From an uncultured Gammaproteobacteria bacterium (GTDB taxonomy: Bacteria > Patescibacteriota > Patescibacteriia > CAIXNZ01): a stretch of 36,230 nt of DNA. Positions 17,252 to 27,115 of this stretch are shown in pieces. How positions within the stretch are numbered: position 1 is the first letter of the stretch; every line of letters starts with the position of its first letter. The position numbers and the translations under genes were made by a program. The stretch is from positions 1 through 36,230 of the forward strand of contig CAZPVP010000006.1 of the NCBI GenBank assembly GCA_964590345.1, given 5' to 3'. The notes below the pieces were generated by a model, which ran no database searches, had not been told where the DNA came from, and saw only the letters and a program-made list of their open reading frames with translations.

Positions 17252-17312
17252 TATTGATTTTTTAAATTGTCAGATAATCGGCTATGAGATTGTAAAAATT
17301 AAATAAAATCTT

Positions 17313-17939
17313 ATGATAATATTTTTAACTATAATTTTGAGTTTAATATTTTTTTTACTTTTTTTATTTTATTTGGGATTTTTAAACGCAGCATTATATT
17401 TGGCAATTTTTATTATCTTGATTATATTAATTGTTTTGCCCTTTTTTTTCTTAGAAGTTTATCGGGTTATTTTTAAAGCCAATGCGCCATATCTTTGCAC
17501 TAGCAGAAAATTAATAAAAAGAATCTTAAAAGAGATTGATTTTAAAGAAAAAGCTGTTGTTTATGATTTGGGTTGTGGTGACGGCAGGTTTTTAAGAGAA
17601 TTAATTAAAAATAAAGACATAAACGTTATTGGTTTTGAATATTTTATCATTCCTTATTTATTAGCTAAATTTTATAATTTTTTTGCTAAAAAAAAGATAA
17701 GAATAAAGTATCAAGATTTTTTTAAAGCTGATTTAAGTAAAGCCGATTATATTTTTTGTTTTTTAATAACAGAGGAGATGGTTGCTTTGGCAAAAAAGTT
17801 AAAAAAAGAAGCAAAGCCAGGAGCAATTATTATTTCTAATACTTTTAAATTTGTAAATTGGCAGCCAGAACAAATTATTATTTTGGATAAAAAGAAAAAA
17901 GGCAGTTTAAACAATAAAATTTATATTTATAAAAGATGA
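17313..17939 (+). CDS. membrane-anchored class I SAM-dependent methyltransferase
   Basis: N-terminal TM segments; APY, YDLGCGDGR motif I, DFFKADLSKADYIFCFL, ISNTF. Confidence 0.88.
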   Translation: MIIFLTIILSLIFFLLFLFYLGFLNAALYLAIFIILIILIVLPFFFLEVYRVIFKANAPYLCTSRKLIKRILKEIDFKEKAVVYDLGCGDGRFLRELIKNKDINVIGFEYFIIPYLLAKFYNFFAKKKIRIKYQDFFKADLSKADYIFCFLITEEMVALAKKLKKEAKPGAIIISNTFKFVNWQPEQIIILDKKKKGSLNNKIYIYKR

Positions 17940-17970
17940 CAGGTTTTTTTAGAATTGCTATAATTTAAGT

Positions 17971-19608
17971 ATGAAATGGCGAAATTTAGGCAAAAGATTG
18001 AAAAAACTGATTAATCAAAATCAGTTTATTTTGTATATACTGATTTTTTTCGTGGCTTATTTTGCTTACCTTTGGATACAAGCAACACCAAGCTTTTTAG
18101 ATCCGGATTCTTTTTATCATTTAAAAATTACAAAATTAATTGCTCAATACAAAGCACCAGTTTTAGATTTTCCCTGGCTGCAATATACTGTTTTAAAGGA
18201 TTATTATATTGATCATCATTTTTTGTATCATGTTTTAGGCATACCTTTTATTAAAGTTTTGGGTGATTTTCAGGGCTTTAAAATTTATACTGTTATTTTG
18301 GCTACTTTGTTTGTTTTTTTGTCCTATGCTTTTTTTAAAAAATACAAGATTAAATATGCTGAACTTTTTGCCCTTGTCTTGCTTTTTTCTTCGGCTTTTA
18401 TGTTCCGTGTTTCCCTAGCTAAAGCTTCTGCGTTTTCCTTGATTTTACTTTTTTTAGGGATTTATTGTATTTTTAAACGCAAGTATTGGTGGTTAATTTT
18501 CGTTTCTTTTTTTTATGTCTGGTCTTATGGTGGTTTCCTTTTAATTTTAGGCATGAGTATAATTTTTATCTTAGCAAATACAATTTATAATACTTTTATC
18601 AATAAACCGCTTTGGCTAAAATTAAAGCGATTTTTGTTTGATGCTAAGTTAAAAGAATATCTTATTAATTTTTTTAAAAATTTATTTGCTTTAGAGCATT
18701 TTAAGTTAATCGGTTCGAGTTTTTTAGGTCTTGCTTTGGGTTTAATAATAAATCCTTATTTTCCCCAAAATTTAAAATTTTACTGGCAACAGGTGATTGA
18801 AATTGGCTTAATAAATTATCGTGGTTTGGTTAACGTAGGTGGTGAATGGTATCCTTATCCCTTTTTAGATTTGATTTCTGATAGCGGTGTGGTTATAATT
18901 TTTGGCACTGTCGCGTTGATTTTCTTTTTTATTTTTATTAAAAAACAAAAAGCTGAAAGTTTTTTCTTTTTGTTGACAACATTGATTTTTTTTATCTTAA
19001 CTTTAAAATCTCAGCGTTATGTTGAATATTTTATTCCTCATCTAGCTTTTTTTGCTGCCTTTACTTTTAGTTTTATTTTAGAAAATATTAAAATAAAAGA
19101 ATTTTTGAAAAAATTTAAAAAAGAGAGCTATATTCTCGGGGCGCTAACGCAATTTATTTTAATCTATGTTGCTATAATTTTTCCTTTTATAATGATTAAA
19201 GATATTTATATCACACGGCAAAGTTTTAAAGGCGGGATTAGTTTTGAACGCTTTATTGGTTTTAGTAATTATTTAAAAGAAAACTCTAATGCTGGGGAAA
19301 TTGTTATGCAGACTGATTGGGATGATTTTCCTATGCTTTTTTATTATAATGATCAAAATTATTACATTGTTGGCTTAGATCCGACATTTATGTATAATTA
19401 TGATTCTGATTTATATAATCTTTTCGCTGATATTACTACGGCAAAAAAGACCGATAATTTGTATGAAGCAGTAAAGGATGGTTTTGGGGCTAGTTATTTT
19501 ATTGTTGATCAAGACAGATTGCAATTAAAAAGAAATTTGCAAAATGATGCCAACTTTATTAAAGTTTATGAAGATAAGGATGGCGCAATTTTTGAATTAA
19601 ATGATTAA
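17971..19608 (+). CDS. GT-C fold glycosyltransferase, STT3/AglB oligosaccharyltransferase-like
   Basis: Polytopic; DPDSFYH in the first external loop; SQRY loop; C-terminal soluble domain with VMQTDWDDF where WWDYG would sit. Confidence 0.6.
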   Translation: MKWRNLGKRLKKLINQNQFILYILIFFVAYFAYLWIQATPSFLDPDSFYHLKITKLIAQYKAPVLDFPWLQYTVLKDYYIDHHFLYHVLGIPFIKVLGDFQGFKIYTVILATLFVFLSYAFFKKYKIKYAELFALVLLFSSAFMFRVSLAKASAFSLILLFLGIYCIFKRKYWWLIFVSFFYVWSYGGFLLILGMSIIFILANTIYNTFINKPLWLKLKRFLFDAKLKEYLINFFKNLFALEHFKLIGSSFLGLALGLIINPYFPQNLKFYWQQVIEIGLINYRGLVNVGGEWYPYPFLDLISDSGVVIIFGTVALIFFFIFIKKQKAESFFFLLTTLIFFILTLKSQRYVEYFIPHLAFFAAFTFSFILENIKIKEFLKKFKKESYILGALTQFILIYVAIIFPFIMIKDIYITRQSFKGGISFERFIGFSNYLKENSNAGEIVMQTDWDDFPMLFYYNDQNYYIVGLDPTFMYNYDSDLYNLFADITTAKKTDNLYEAVKDGFGASYFIVDQDRLQLKRNLQNDANFIKVYEDKDGAIFELND

Positions 19609-19614
19609 AATTTT

Positions 19615-20334
19615 ATGAGAATTTTAATAGTTATCCCTACTTATAACGAAGAAAAAATAATAAAAAAGAATCTTTTGCAGCTCTTTTCTTTTTTGCGGGA
19701 AAACTTGGCCAATAATGGTTACAAGATTGTTGTGGCTGACAACAGCTCAACTGATCAGACTGCTGAAAGAGTTAAAGATTTGGCTTCAAAAAACAATAAA
19801 TTGGAATACTTTTTTTTGGATCAAAAAGGGAAAGGTCTGGCTATTAGAAAAATTTGGCAAAAATATGCCGAGGATTATGAGATTTTTGTTTTTATGGATG
19901 CAGATTTGGCTACTGATTTAAAAGCACTGCCTGATTTAATTAAGAGTATAGAATCTGATAATGATATTGCAATTGGCAGCCGTTACTTAAAGGAATCAGA
20001 AGTTGAGCGTCCTTTTTGCCGTAAGTTGTTTTCTTTAGGCTATCGTTTGTTTTTGAAAGTTTTTTTGAATACGAAAATAAAGGATATGCCCTGCGGCTTT
20101 AAGGCGGTTAATCAGAGAATTGTCAGGGAAATTTTGCCAAAGATCGAAAACAATACCTGGTTTTTTGATACCGAGATTATTTATTTGGCAGAAAGGGCAG
20201 GTTATAAGATTAAAGAAATTCCAGTCAGGTGGATTGAACCGCGCCAAGAAAAAGATAAAAGCAGGGTTAACTTATTAAAAGTCTCGCTTTTATACCTAAA
20301 AGAGGTTTTGAAACTTAAATTAAAGAAAGATTAA
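19615..20334 (+). CDS. GT2 glycosyltransferase, polyprenyl/dolichyl-phosphate sugar synthase-like
   Basis: VIPTYNEE, VADNSSTD, GKG.A, FMDADL, GSRY, D..CGFKA, WFFDTE, EIPVRW. Confidence 0.92.
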   Translation: MRILIVIPTYNEEKIIKKNLLQLFSFLRENLANNGYKIVVADNSSTDQTAERVKDLASKNNKLEYFFLDQKGKGLAIRKIWQKYAEDYEIFVFMDADLATDLKALPDLIKSIESDNDIAIGSRYLKESEVERPFCRKLFSLGYRLFLKVFLNTKIKDMPCGFKAVNQRIVREILPKIENNTWFFDTEIIYLAERAGYKIKEIPVRWIEPRQEKDKSRVNLLKVSLLYLKEVLKLKLKKD

Positions 20335-20335
20335 A

Positions 20336-21982
20336 ATGAAATTTTTTAAGCAATTATTTTGTAACAATGCTTTTTTTGTTATTTTTGTTTCTTTAATTTT
20401 AATTTTGCTGACCGAAGCAGTTTTTGTTTATGGTCATTGGATTAATGATCACGACCATTATTACACAGGCTTACATATATTAACAACTATTGACGGTCCT
20501 GTTTATTTTTCTTACATAGAACAAGTTAAAGCAGGCCATTTTTTATTTAAAGATTTATTTAATAGTAATGATAATTTTAGAGTATTTAATCCTTTTTGGC
20601 TGGCAGTCGGATTAATCGCAAAAATTTTAAAAATCTCAGCGCCAGTGGCTATTGAGATTTTTCGAATTATTTTAATCCCGATTTTTTTATTTGTTTTATT
20701 TAAAATAATCAATTTGTTTTTATCAGCCAGTGATTTTAAAAAGAAGGTTTGTTATTTGTATTCTTTGATACTTTCTGGTTTAGGTTATATATTTTTTCCT
20801 TTTATTTTGCTGCAAAATTTGACACCCGATTTTAAAAAAAATCCTTTAGACCTTTGGGCTTATGAAGCAAATAATTTTATGACCTTGCGCTATTATCCTC
20901 ATGCTATTGCTTCAACATTTTTAATTTTATTAATTTTTTATTTTTTTTATCAGGCTATCGAGGAAAAAGGTTATAAAAAGAGCATTTTAGCAGGAGTTTT
21001 AGCTTTGTTTTTGTTTAGTTTTCATCCTTTTCATGTCCCATTGATTTATGTTATTCCTTTGGTTTATATTTTAGTTTTATTTTTTTTAGAGAAAAAATTC
21101 AATTTTAATTGGCTAAAAAAATATTTGTTATTAGTTTTGATGTCTTTACCAAGTGTAATATATTATTTTTATTTACTGATCTTTAATAAAAATATTTTGC
21201 TAAAAGCCTTGCAAAATGATTGTTTAATGCCCAGCCCGTTTTTATTTGTAATAAGCTTTAGCCCGGCTATTTTTTTAGCTTTTTATTATATTTTTTTAAT
21301 TATCAAAAAAAAACAATATAGCCATGCCAATATTTTTTTAATTGTTTGGTTTTTGACAAATATAATTTTGGTTTACGGACCTTATAATATTCAAAGGAGA
21401 TTGTTAGAGGGTTTTATTGTGCCTTTGTCAATCTTGTCTTTTTACACTTTAAATTTAATTGCCAAGAAATTAAGGGAAACAGGGATATTTTTCAAAATAG
21501 TTTTAATTATTTCAGCTGCTTTTTTCTTGTCGCTATCTAATTTATTTATTTATACTCAAGAATTCAAATTTTTAAAAAAAGCTTTAGCAGGCGAAGGTAG
21601 ACATGCTCATATGGTTTATGTTAGTGATCAAATTAAAGAAGGTTTAGATTGGTATGAAAAAAAAGCTGATGAGCAAGATATAATTTTATCTTCTTATAAA
21701 ATTGGCAATATTATCCCTGCTTTGACGGGTAAAAAGGTCTATTTGGGTCATCCGATTGAAACAGTCGGCTTTATGGCAAAAAAAAAGGCCATGGAAAACT
21801 TTTTTGCATCCGACTACTTTGATCGAGAAGAAAGAGTCTTTTTAAGAGAAAATAAAATAACTTATATATTTTATTCTGATTTTGAAAAAAAAATAGGCGA
21901 CTTTGAGCCTGGCCAAAAGGATTATTTAGAAAATGTTTTTAATAATCAATCAGTTATTATTTATAAAATTAAATCAGATTAA
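20336..21982 (+). CDS. polytopic membrane protein, probable GT-C glycosyltransferase
   Basis: IDGPVYFSYIEQ loop, FHPF, QRR, C-terminal IPALTGKKVYLGH..ET and FLRENKITYIF; paralogue of the next gene. Confidence 0.65.
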   Translation: MKFFKQLFCNNAFFVIFVSLILILLTEAVFVYGHWINDHDHYYTGLHILTTIDGPVYFSYIEQVKAGHFLFKDLFNSNDNFRVFNPFWLAVGLIAKILKISAPVAIEIFRIILIPIFLFVLFKIINLFLSASDFKKKVCYLYSLILSGLGYIFFPFILLQNLTPDFKKNPLDLWAYEANNFMTLRYYPHAIASTFLILLIFYFFYQAIEEKGYKKSILAGVLALFLFSFHPFHVPLIYVIPLVYILVLFFLEKKFNFNWLKKYLLLVLMSLPSVIYYFYLLIFNKNILLKALQNDCLMPSPFLFVISFSPAIFLAFYYIFLIIKKKQYSHANIFLIVWFLTNIILVYGPYNIQRRLLEGFIVPLSILSFYTLNLIAKKLRETGIFFKIVLIISAAFFLSLSNLFIYTQEFKFLKKALAGEGRHAHMVYVSDQIKEGLDWYEKKADEQDIILSSYKIGNIIPALTGKKVYLGHPIETVGFMAKKKAMENFFASDYFDREERVFLRENKITYIFYSDFEKKIGDFEPGQKDYLENVFNNQSVIIYKIKSD

Positions 21983-23616
21983 TGGCTTATCAAAAATTAA
22001 CAAAAAAAGAGATTAGATTTATTTTGTTAGTGAGTTTAATTTTAATTATTATCACTTGCTTGCCGTATCTTTATGGTTATTTGATTAAGGGTGACTTGTT
22101 TTATGTTGGTTCTTATGTTTTTTCATCCGGGGATAATCCGGTTTATTTTTCTTTTATTGAACAAATAAAACAAGGCAATTTTTTACTGGATAATTTATTT
22201 ACTAATGAAACAGAACAAATAAAATTATTTAATCCGTTTTGGTTAATAATTGGTTTAATTGCCAAAATTTTTAAATTCTCAACGTTTTTTGCTTATCAAT
22301 TGTTTAGAATTATTTTAATTCCTATATTTTTATTTGTTTTATATAAATTTATTAGTTTTTTTCTAAGCGATTATAGTTTGCTTAGAAAAAAACTTTGTTT
22401 TTTATATTCGCTTTTTGCTTCTGGCTTGGGGATTTTTTCAGTACTTTTAAGCGGCGAAATGTCTTATAGTAATTATCATAATTTATCCATGGATTTATGG
22501 GTACCAGAAGCGAGTAATTTTTTAATTTTATCTTATTCCCCTCATTTTATTGCTTCCATTATTCTGATTATTTTAACTTTTTATTTTTTCTTTAGAGCAG
22601 TAGAAGAAAAAAATTTAAAATTAGGGCTTGGGGCTGGTATGTCTGCTTTATTATTGTTTTCTTTTCATCCATTTTTTGTGCCAACAATTTATTCCATTAC
22701 TTTTATTTATTTAATTTTTTTATTTTTAATAAATAAAAAAATAGAATTTAAAGCGGTATTAAATTATTTAGTTTTAGTAGTTGTTTCTCTGCCGGCAGTT
22801 TTTTATTATTTTTATGTAGTTTTAATTGATTCTTTTTTGCAGATAAAAGCATGGCAAAATATTTGCTTAACCCCCGGTGGTATGATTTTTTTTATCAGCT
22901 ATGGTTTTGGTTTGTTTTTCGCTGTTTTTGCTATAGGCTATTTAATAAAGAGAAAAAAAATGTCTAATAAAAACTTATTTTTAATCATTTGGTTTTGCGT
23001 TTCAATTATTTTAATTTATGCTCCTTTTAATTTTCAGCGCCGGTTAACTGAAGGATTTCAAATCCCCTTAACGATTTTGGCTTTTATTGGCTTGGTTATT
23101 AGTTATGATTTTTTAAAGATTAAAAGCAAGCTTTTTAAAAATTTAAACCTTTGGGGAATTTTGCCGGTTTTTATCTTGTTGTTTTGTTTTTCTAATGTTA
23201 TTGTTTATTTTTGGAATTTTAAATTTTTAAATTTAAAATTAGAGCCTATTTATATGCAAAAAGAAATAAAGCAGGCATTAGATTGGTATAAAGATAAAAC
23301 AGGTTTTGAAGAAACGATTTTGGCTGGCAGAATAAATGCTAATCTTTTGCCTGGGATTATTGGCAGGCGAGTTTATTTGGGACATTGGGTGGAAACAATT
23401 AATTATACTGATAAAATGATTAAATTGAATCATTTTTTTAAAGATAATCAAGATGATTTGGCTAAAAAAGAGTTTTTAAAAGAAAATAAAATAGATTATA
23501 TGTTATATTCAGAGGAAGAAAAAAAAATGGGCGATTATGACCCATCAGCAAAAGATTATTTAAAAGAGGTTTATAAAAATGAAAAAGTCAGTATTTATAA
23601 AGTTAGTTTAGATTGA
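21982..23616 (+). CDS. polytopic membrane protein, probable GT-C glycosyltransferase (tandem paralogue)
   Basis: GDNPVYFSFIEQ, FNPFW, FHPF, QRR, VYLGHWVET, FLKENKIDY; start overlaps the previous stop (TAATG). Confidence 0.65.
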   Translation: MAYQKLTKKEIRFILLVSLILIIITCLPYLYGYLIKGDLFYVGSYVFSSGDNPVYFSFIEQIKQGNFLLDNLFTNETEQIKLFNPFWLIIGLIAKIFKFSTFFAYQLFRIILIPIFLFVLYKFISFFLSDYSLLRKKLCFLYSLFASGLGIFSVLLSGEMSYSNYHNLSMDLWVPEASNFLILSYSPHFIASIILIILTFYFFFRAVEEKNLKLGLGAGMSALLLFSFHPFFVPTIYSITFIYLIFLFLINKKIEFKAVLNYLVLVVVSLPAVFYYFYVVLIDSFLQIKAWQNICLTPGGMIFFISYGFGLFFAVFAIGYLIKRKKMSNKNLFLIIWFCVSIILIYAPFNFQRRLTEGFQIPLTILAFIGLVISYDFLKIKSKLFKNLNLWGILPVFILLFCFSNVIVYFWNFKFLNLKLEPIYMQKEIKQALDWYKDKTGFEETILAGRINANLLPGIIGRRVYLGHWVETINYTDKMIKLNHFFKDNQDDLAKKEFLKENKIDYMLYSEEEKKMGDYDPSAKDYLKEVYKNEKVSIYKVSLD

Positions 23617-25483
23617 TTTGGCTAATTATTTCTTTTTTATCTAAAACATTTTTAATACTGCCAAGATCATCTAATTCTAAACCGCCAGCCAAATCAAGAA
23701 TTTTAATTTTTTCTAATTGTGGTAATGCGAAAAAATTAATTTTTACGACTTGATCTTTTTGCCATTCGCTGGTGGGATAAAGCCCATAACCCAAAGGATA
23801 AACCCTCTCATTAATTTTGATAAAATAATTTTTTTCAATATCGGATAAAACCTTAAAATATAATGAAGTAATATTTTTTTCTTCATTAGAGCCAAGAAAT
23901 AATATCTCTTGGTTTAATTTCTGCTCTTTAGCTTGTTTTATTTCTGGCAGATTATTTTTATAAATTTGATAAAGCGGAATTTTATTTGGTTGATGATCTT
24001 TTTGCCACAAAGCCAAATTTTGTTTAATTGTCTTTAATTGATAATTTTTTTCTTTTATTATCTTATTTAAATTATTATCACCCTGATAATAATAATCACT
24101 TATCCTGTTTTCATATTGAAGATGGAAAGTAAAGAAATCAGTAAAATTAATTAAAATAAAAGGCGTTTTATCTGGGATTTTATAATCACCGGCACCGTAT
24201 TGTTGCCGCCCTAAAAAAAGATAATTTAAAGAATAAATTTGAGGGCGGGAAGATAGGTTGGTAATTAAATCATAACTTGCAACTAAAGCAGCCTTTTTAG
24301 GAATTTGTTTAATAAATTCATTTTTTAATTTAAGTTCCTGATAATCAATTTTTGAAATTTTTTGGACGAAAGCAATAAAAGGGCCTAAGATTAATAAATT
24401 ATAAATTAAACCAATAATAATTATTAAATAAAAAAGGTCTTTGTTTTTTTTAAAAAAATTTAAAAATTTTTGATTAACTGTCAAGGCTTTTAAGGAAAAA
24501 ATGGCAGCTAAGCTAAAGGCAATTAAAAGAATTGTGCCATAATGTGTTCTTAAAATTAATTCACCAGAAGGCAGGCCTAAAATTATTTGCATAAACATGC
24601 CAAGGCATAAAAGCAGATATTTGGGACGGTAAAAGGGGATAAATAAGAAAACTAAGCCAAAACCAAGAATTAATTCCAAGTTGCCCAAGTAAAAAATATG
24701 TTCTAAAACCAAGTGTGGCTTAAGAAAAAAATTAATAAAGATTTCTTTAGGATTTTCACCTAGCCATTGGTAGTAAATGAAAAATTTATAAGTTTGAGCC
24801 GATGAATAATGAGCTATGATTTTTAAAGCAGTGAAAAAATAAATTAGGCTAAGAAACAGGGGTGTTAAAATCCATTTAAATCTCTTTTTGTCTAAAATAG
24901 CTATAAATCCAAACATAAAAATAATAAAAGAAACATCTTCGCGAATAAGCAAGCTTAAAATTATTAAAACCAAAAAAGGCTTAAATTGATTGTTTTGATA
25001 AAAATAAAATGTCCAGGCAATAAAAAAAGGAACAAAAGCCAAGAAATGAAATTCGTATAAGTTAATATTAAGAGTAACTGGATTAAAAAGATACAAACCA
25101 ATGATTAATAAAGTTTGCCAAGGAGTTAAATGTTTTTTAGCAATTAAATATAAAGGAATGGCAGTTAAGCCAAGGAATAGAGATTGCAAAAAAAGCAGAG
25201 TTACAGGCGATTTGCAAAGAGAATAAAAAGGCACAAGAAAAAAGAGCAACGGTGTAAAATGATCACCTAAATAAGAAGTGGGGTGAATAGTAAATTGAAA
25301 AAGATTGCCCAATGAAGAATTATAAAAAACTTGATTAAAAATAGCTAAATCCAGGCCATTATATTGAAAAGTTTGATATTTAAACAGGCAAATTCCAAAA
25401 CTAATTACAAGATAGGCAATTATTAAAATTGTTAAGATTTTAGCTAATTTTAGCCAATTTAAGTTTTTGAAATAATTAAGCAT
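23603..25483 (-). CDS. DUF2079-family membrane protein (GT-C-like)
   Basis: GLDLAIFNQ, GDHFTP, TLLFLQ, YEFH, IRED, HY motifs. Confidence 0.8.
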   Translation of the reverse strand: MLNYFKNLNWLKLAKILTILIIAYLVISFGICLFKYQTFQYNGLDLAIFNQVFYNSSLGNLFQFTIHPTSYLGDHFTPLLFFLVPFYSLCKSPVTLLFLQSLFLGLTAIPLYLIAKKHLTPWQTLLIIGLYLFNPVTLNINLYEFHFLAFVPFFIAWTFYFYQNNQFKPFLVLIILSLLIREDVSFIIFMFGFIAILDKKRFKWILTPLFLSLIYFFTALKIIAHYSSAQTYKFFIYYQWLGENPKEIFINFFLKPHLVLEHIFYLGNLELILGFGLVFLFIPFYRPKYLLLCLGMFMQIILGLPSGELILRTHYGTILLIAFSLAAIFSLKALTVNQKFLNFFKKNKDLFYLIIIIGLIYNLLILGPFIAFVQKISKIDYQELKLKNEFIKQIPKKAALVASYDLITNLSSRPQIYSLNYLFLGRQQYGAGDYKIPDKTPFILINFTDFFTFHLQYENRISDYYYQGDNNLNKIIKEKNYQLKTIKQNLALWQKDHQPNKIPLYQIYKNNLPEIKQAKEQKLNQEILFLGSNEEKNITSLYFKVLSDIEKNYFIKINERVYPLGYGLYPTSEWQKDQVVKINFFALPQLEKIKILDLAGGLELDDLGSIKNVLDKKEIISQINLN

Positions 25484-25534
25484 AAGTTATTAGTATTTTA
25501 AGCTATTTTTAAGAATAAATAAAGAGGCAAGCTC

Positions 25535-25563
25535 TTGACAAATTACTGCAAATATGCTATAAT
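25535..25563 (+). promoter_or_regulatory. consensus sigma70 promoter
   Basis: TTGACA 25535-25540, 17-nt spacer ending in tgc, TATAAT 25558-25563. Confidence 0.8.
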
Positions 25564-25633
25564 GGAATAATAAAGTAAAAAAGGTCTTTAAACTAAAAAA
25601 AAATAAAATCAAGCTTAAGAAAGGAGAACGCTG

Positions 25634-26182
25634 ATGAGAAGAGTATTGGCAGTAATAGTTATGTTTGTCTTGGGGCTGACGCTTTCCGCTTGTCCTGTGA
25701 AATACCAGGATGGTGATCGTAAAATGCTGGCTTGGAATCAGAAAGCCATGGAAACAGTGGTCAACGCACCGACACCGGATGTGCCACAGGGCGCTCAAGA
25801 TTTGGCCACCACTTTTCAAGCGGTCAATCCTCATGCTAATTTCCGCATCCATGACGGAAATGTGGAATATGAGGGCACGCCACCCCGGCCAGGTGATGGG
25901 TTACATTACGGTGCTCTGATTAACGGTTCGACCTTTAATGTAACAACAATCGCCGTCTATAACTCCATGAATGGCATCGAATTTAAACATTCGGCTTTTA
26001 AGCCAGGTTCAAAATTGGAGTTAAAACTCAAGCCCGGTAATTACATCGTTCACATTTGGAAAAAGGGCGAAACAAGCCCTCGTAAATTTACCATCATAAT
26101 TGATACAGGAACAGCTGATGTGTCCTACGACGGGCACGATTACGATTTTTACTGGCTTTTCACCGATCAAGATTTGAGATAG
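25634..26182 (+). CDS. putative lipoprotein, hypothetical
   Basis: Signal peptide with lipobox LSAC; RBS aaggag; visibly higher GC than its neighbours; beta-sandwich-like C terminus (LKPGNY). Confidence 0.82.
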   Translation: MRRVLAVIVMFVLGLTLSACPVKYQDGDRKMLAWNQKAMETVVNAPTPDVPQGAQDLATTFQAVNPHANFRIHDGNVEYEGTPPRPGDGLHYGALINGSTFNVTTIAVYNSMNGIEFKHSAFKPGSKLELKLKPGNYIVHIWKKGETSPRKFTIIIDTGTADVSYDGHDYDFYWLFTDQDLR

Positions 26183-26201
26183 TAAAATATTTTTGTAAAA
26201 T

Positions 26202-26233
26202 AAAACCACCTGAAAAAAAGGTGGTCTTTTTTT
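26202..26233. terminator. bidirectional terminator
   Basis: aaaaccacct-gaaaaaa-aggtggt-ctttttt between the lipoprotein gene and the pilin array. Confidence 0.7.
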
Positions 26234-26249
26234 ATTGAAATAATTAAAA

Positions 26250-26705
26250 TTAAGGGGCACCTTCGCCTGGCAATGGCGGGCTGTCATCCTGAGGAGGTGA
26301 ATCGCTTGGTGTTCCAGTGCCAGTGCCGCTAGTGCCGCCAAGTGTTCTAAGAATAAAATTGGTTAAAGAGTAAGAAATAAGGATAATAACAAAGCCAATA
26401 ACAGCAGTGACTATTGTGCGTTTGGCCTTTTTTAGTTTTTCTGGCTCACCAGCCGCTGTCATATACAGATAGCCCCCATAAATTATAACAGCTAAAAAAA
26501 CAATGCCTAAAAATGTCAAAACTGTTTTAATAATCAAAGCAGCTATCTCAGGCGGACTTTCCGGTGTCCCGCCATAAATCTTCTGACCATAACTTTTGAC
26601 TTCTTGAGAAACTGAAGTGGCCAAAGCATTTTCAATACAAAAAACACTGCTTATTAAAATTAAGCTAAAAAATAAAAAGAAAAACAACTGTTTTTTATAT
26701 CGCAT
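26250..26705 (-). CDS. VirB2/TrbC-like (T4SS_pilin-type) pilin with a Gly/Thr/Pro-rich tail
   Basis: Signal peptide; IIYGGYLYMTAAGEPEKLKKAKRTIVTAVIG..ILISY. Confidence 0.85.
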   Translation of the reverse strand: MRYKKQLFFFLFFSLILISSVFCIENALATSVSQEVKSYGQKIYGGTPESPPEIAALIIKTVLTFLGIVFLAVIIYGGYLYMTAAGEPEKLKKAKRTIVTAVIGFVIILISYSLTNFILRTLGGTSGTGTGTPSDSPPQDDSPPLPGEGAP

Positions 26706-26716
26706 AAATTATTTAT

Positions 26717-27085
26717 TTATTTGATAAAAATTTTAAAAATAAAGTAAGTAACTGAATAAGCACTTAAAACAATGGCTAAGCCGATAACAGCATAAAGCAA
26801 CAGGTTTTTTGCTTTTTCTATTTTTTCTTTTGCGCCAGCAGAAGTTAAGTAAAGAAAACCAGCGTAAATAATCAAGATAACGAAGAGAATGCCCAAAAAG
26901 GTTAAAAGAGTGTTTATAATCAAAGCTGCTATTGCTTGAGGCGATTGAGGGGAGCCGCCATAAATGCCCTGGCCAAAACTTTGTAAAGGCTGGCTAAAGC
27001 TAATGGCTAAAGCGTTATTGGCCAGCAAAAATATTCCTAAAAATAGCAACAAGATAGCAGTTAGTTTTATTTTTTTGCTAAACAT
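26717..27085 (-). CDS. VirB2/TrbC-like pilin
   Basis: IIYAGFLYLTSAGAKEKIEKAKNLLLYAVIGLAIVLSAY. Confidence 0.85.
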   Translation of the reverse strand: MFSKKIKLTAILLLFLGIFLLANNALAISFSQPLQSFGQGIYGGSPQSPQAIAALIINTLLTFLGILFVILIIYAGFLYLTSAGAKEKIEKAKNLLLYAVIGLAIVLSAYSVTYFIFKIFIK

Positions 27086-27115
27086 GAAATAGATATTTTA
27101 TTATATTAAAAACAG

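Noticed and set aside
25490-26341. ORFs 25490-25852 (-), 25710-25919 (+) and 26021-26341 (-)
   Set aside because: Overlap the lipoprotein gene, which has promoter, RBS, lipobox and terminator support
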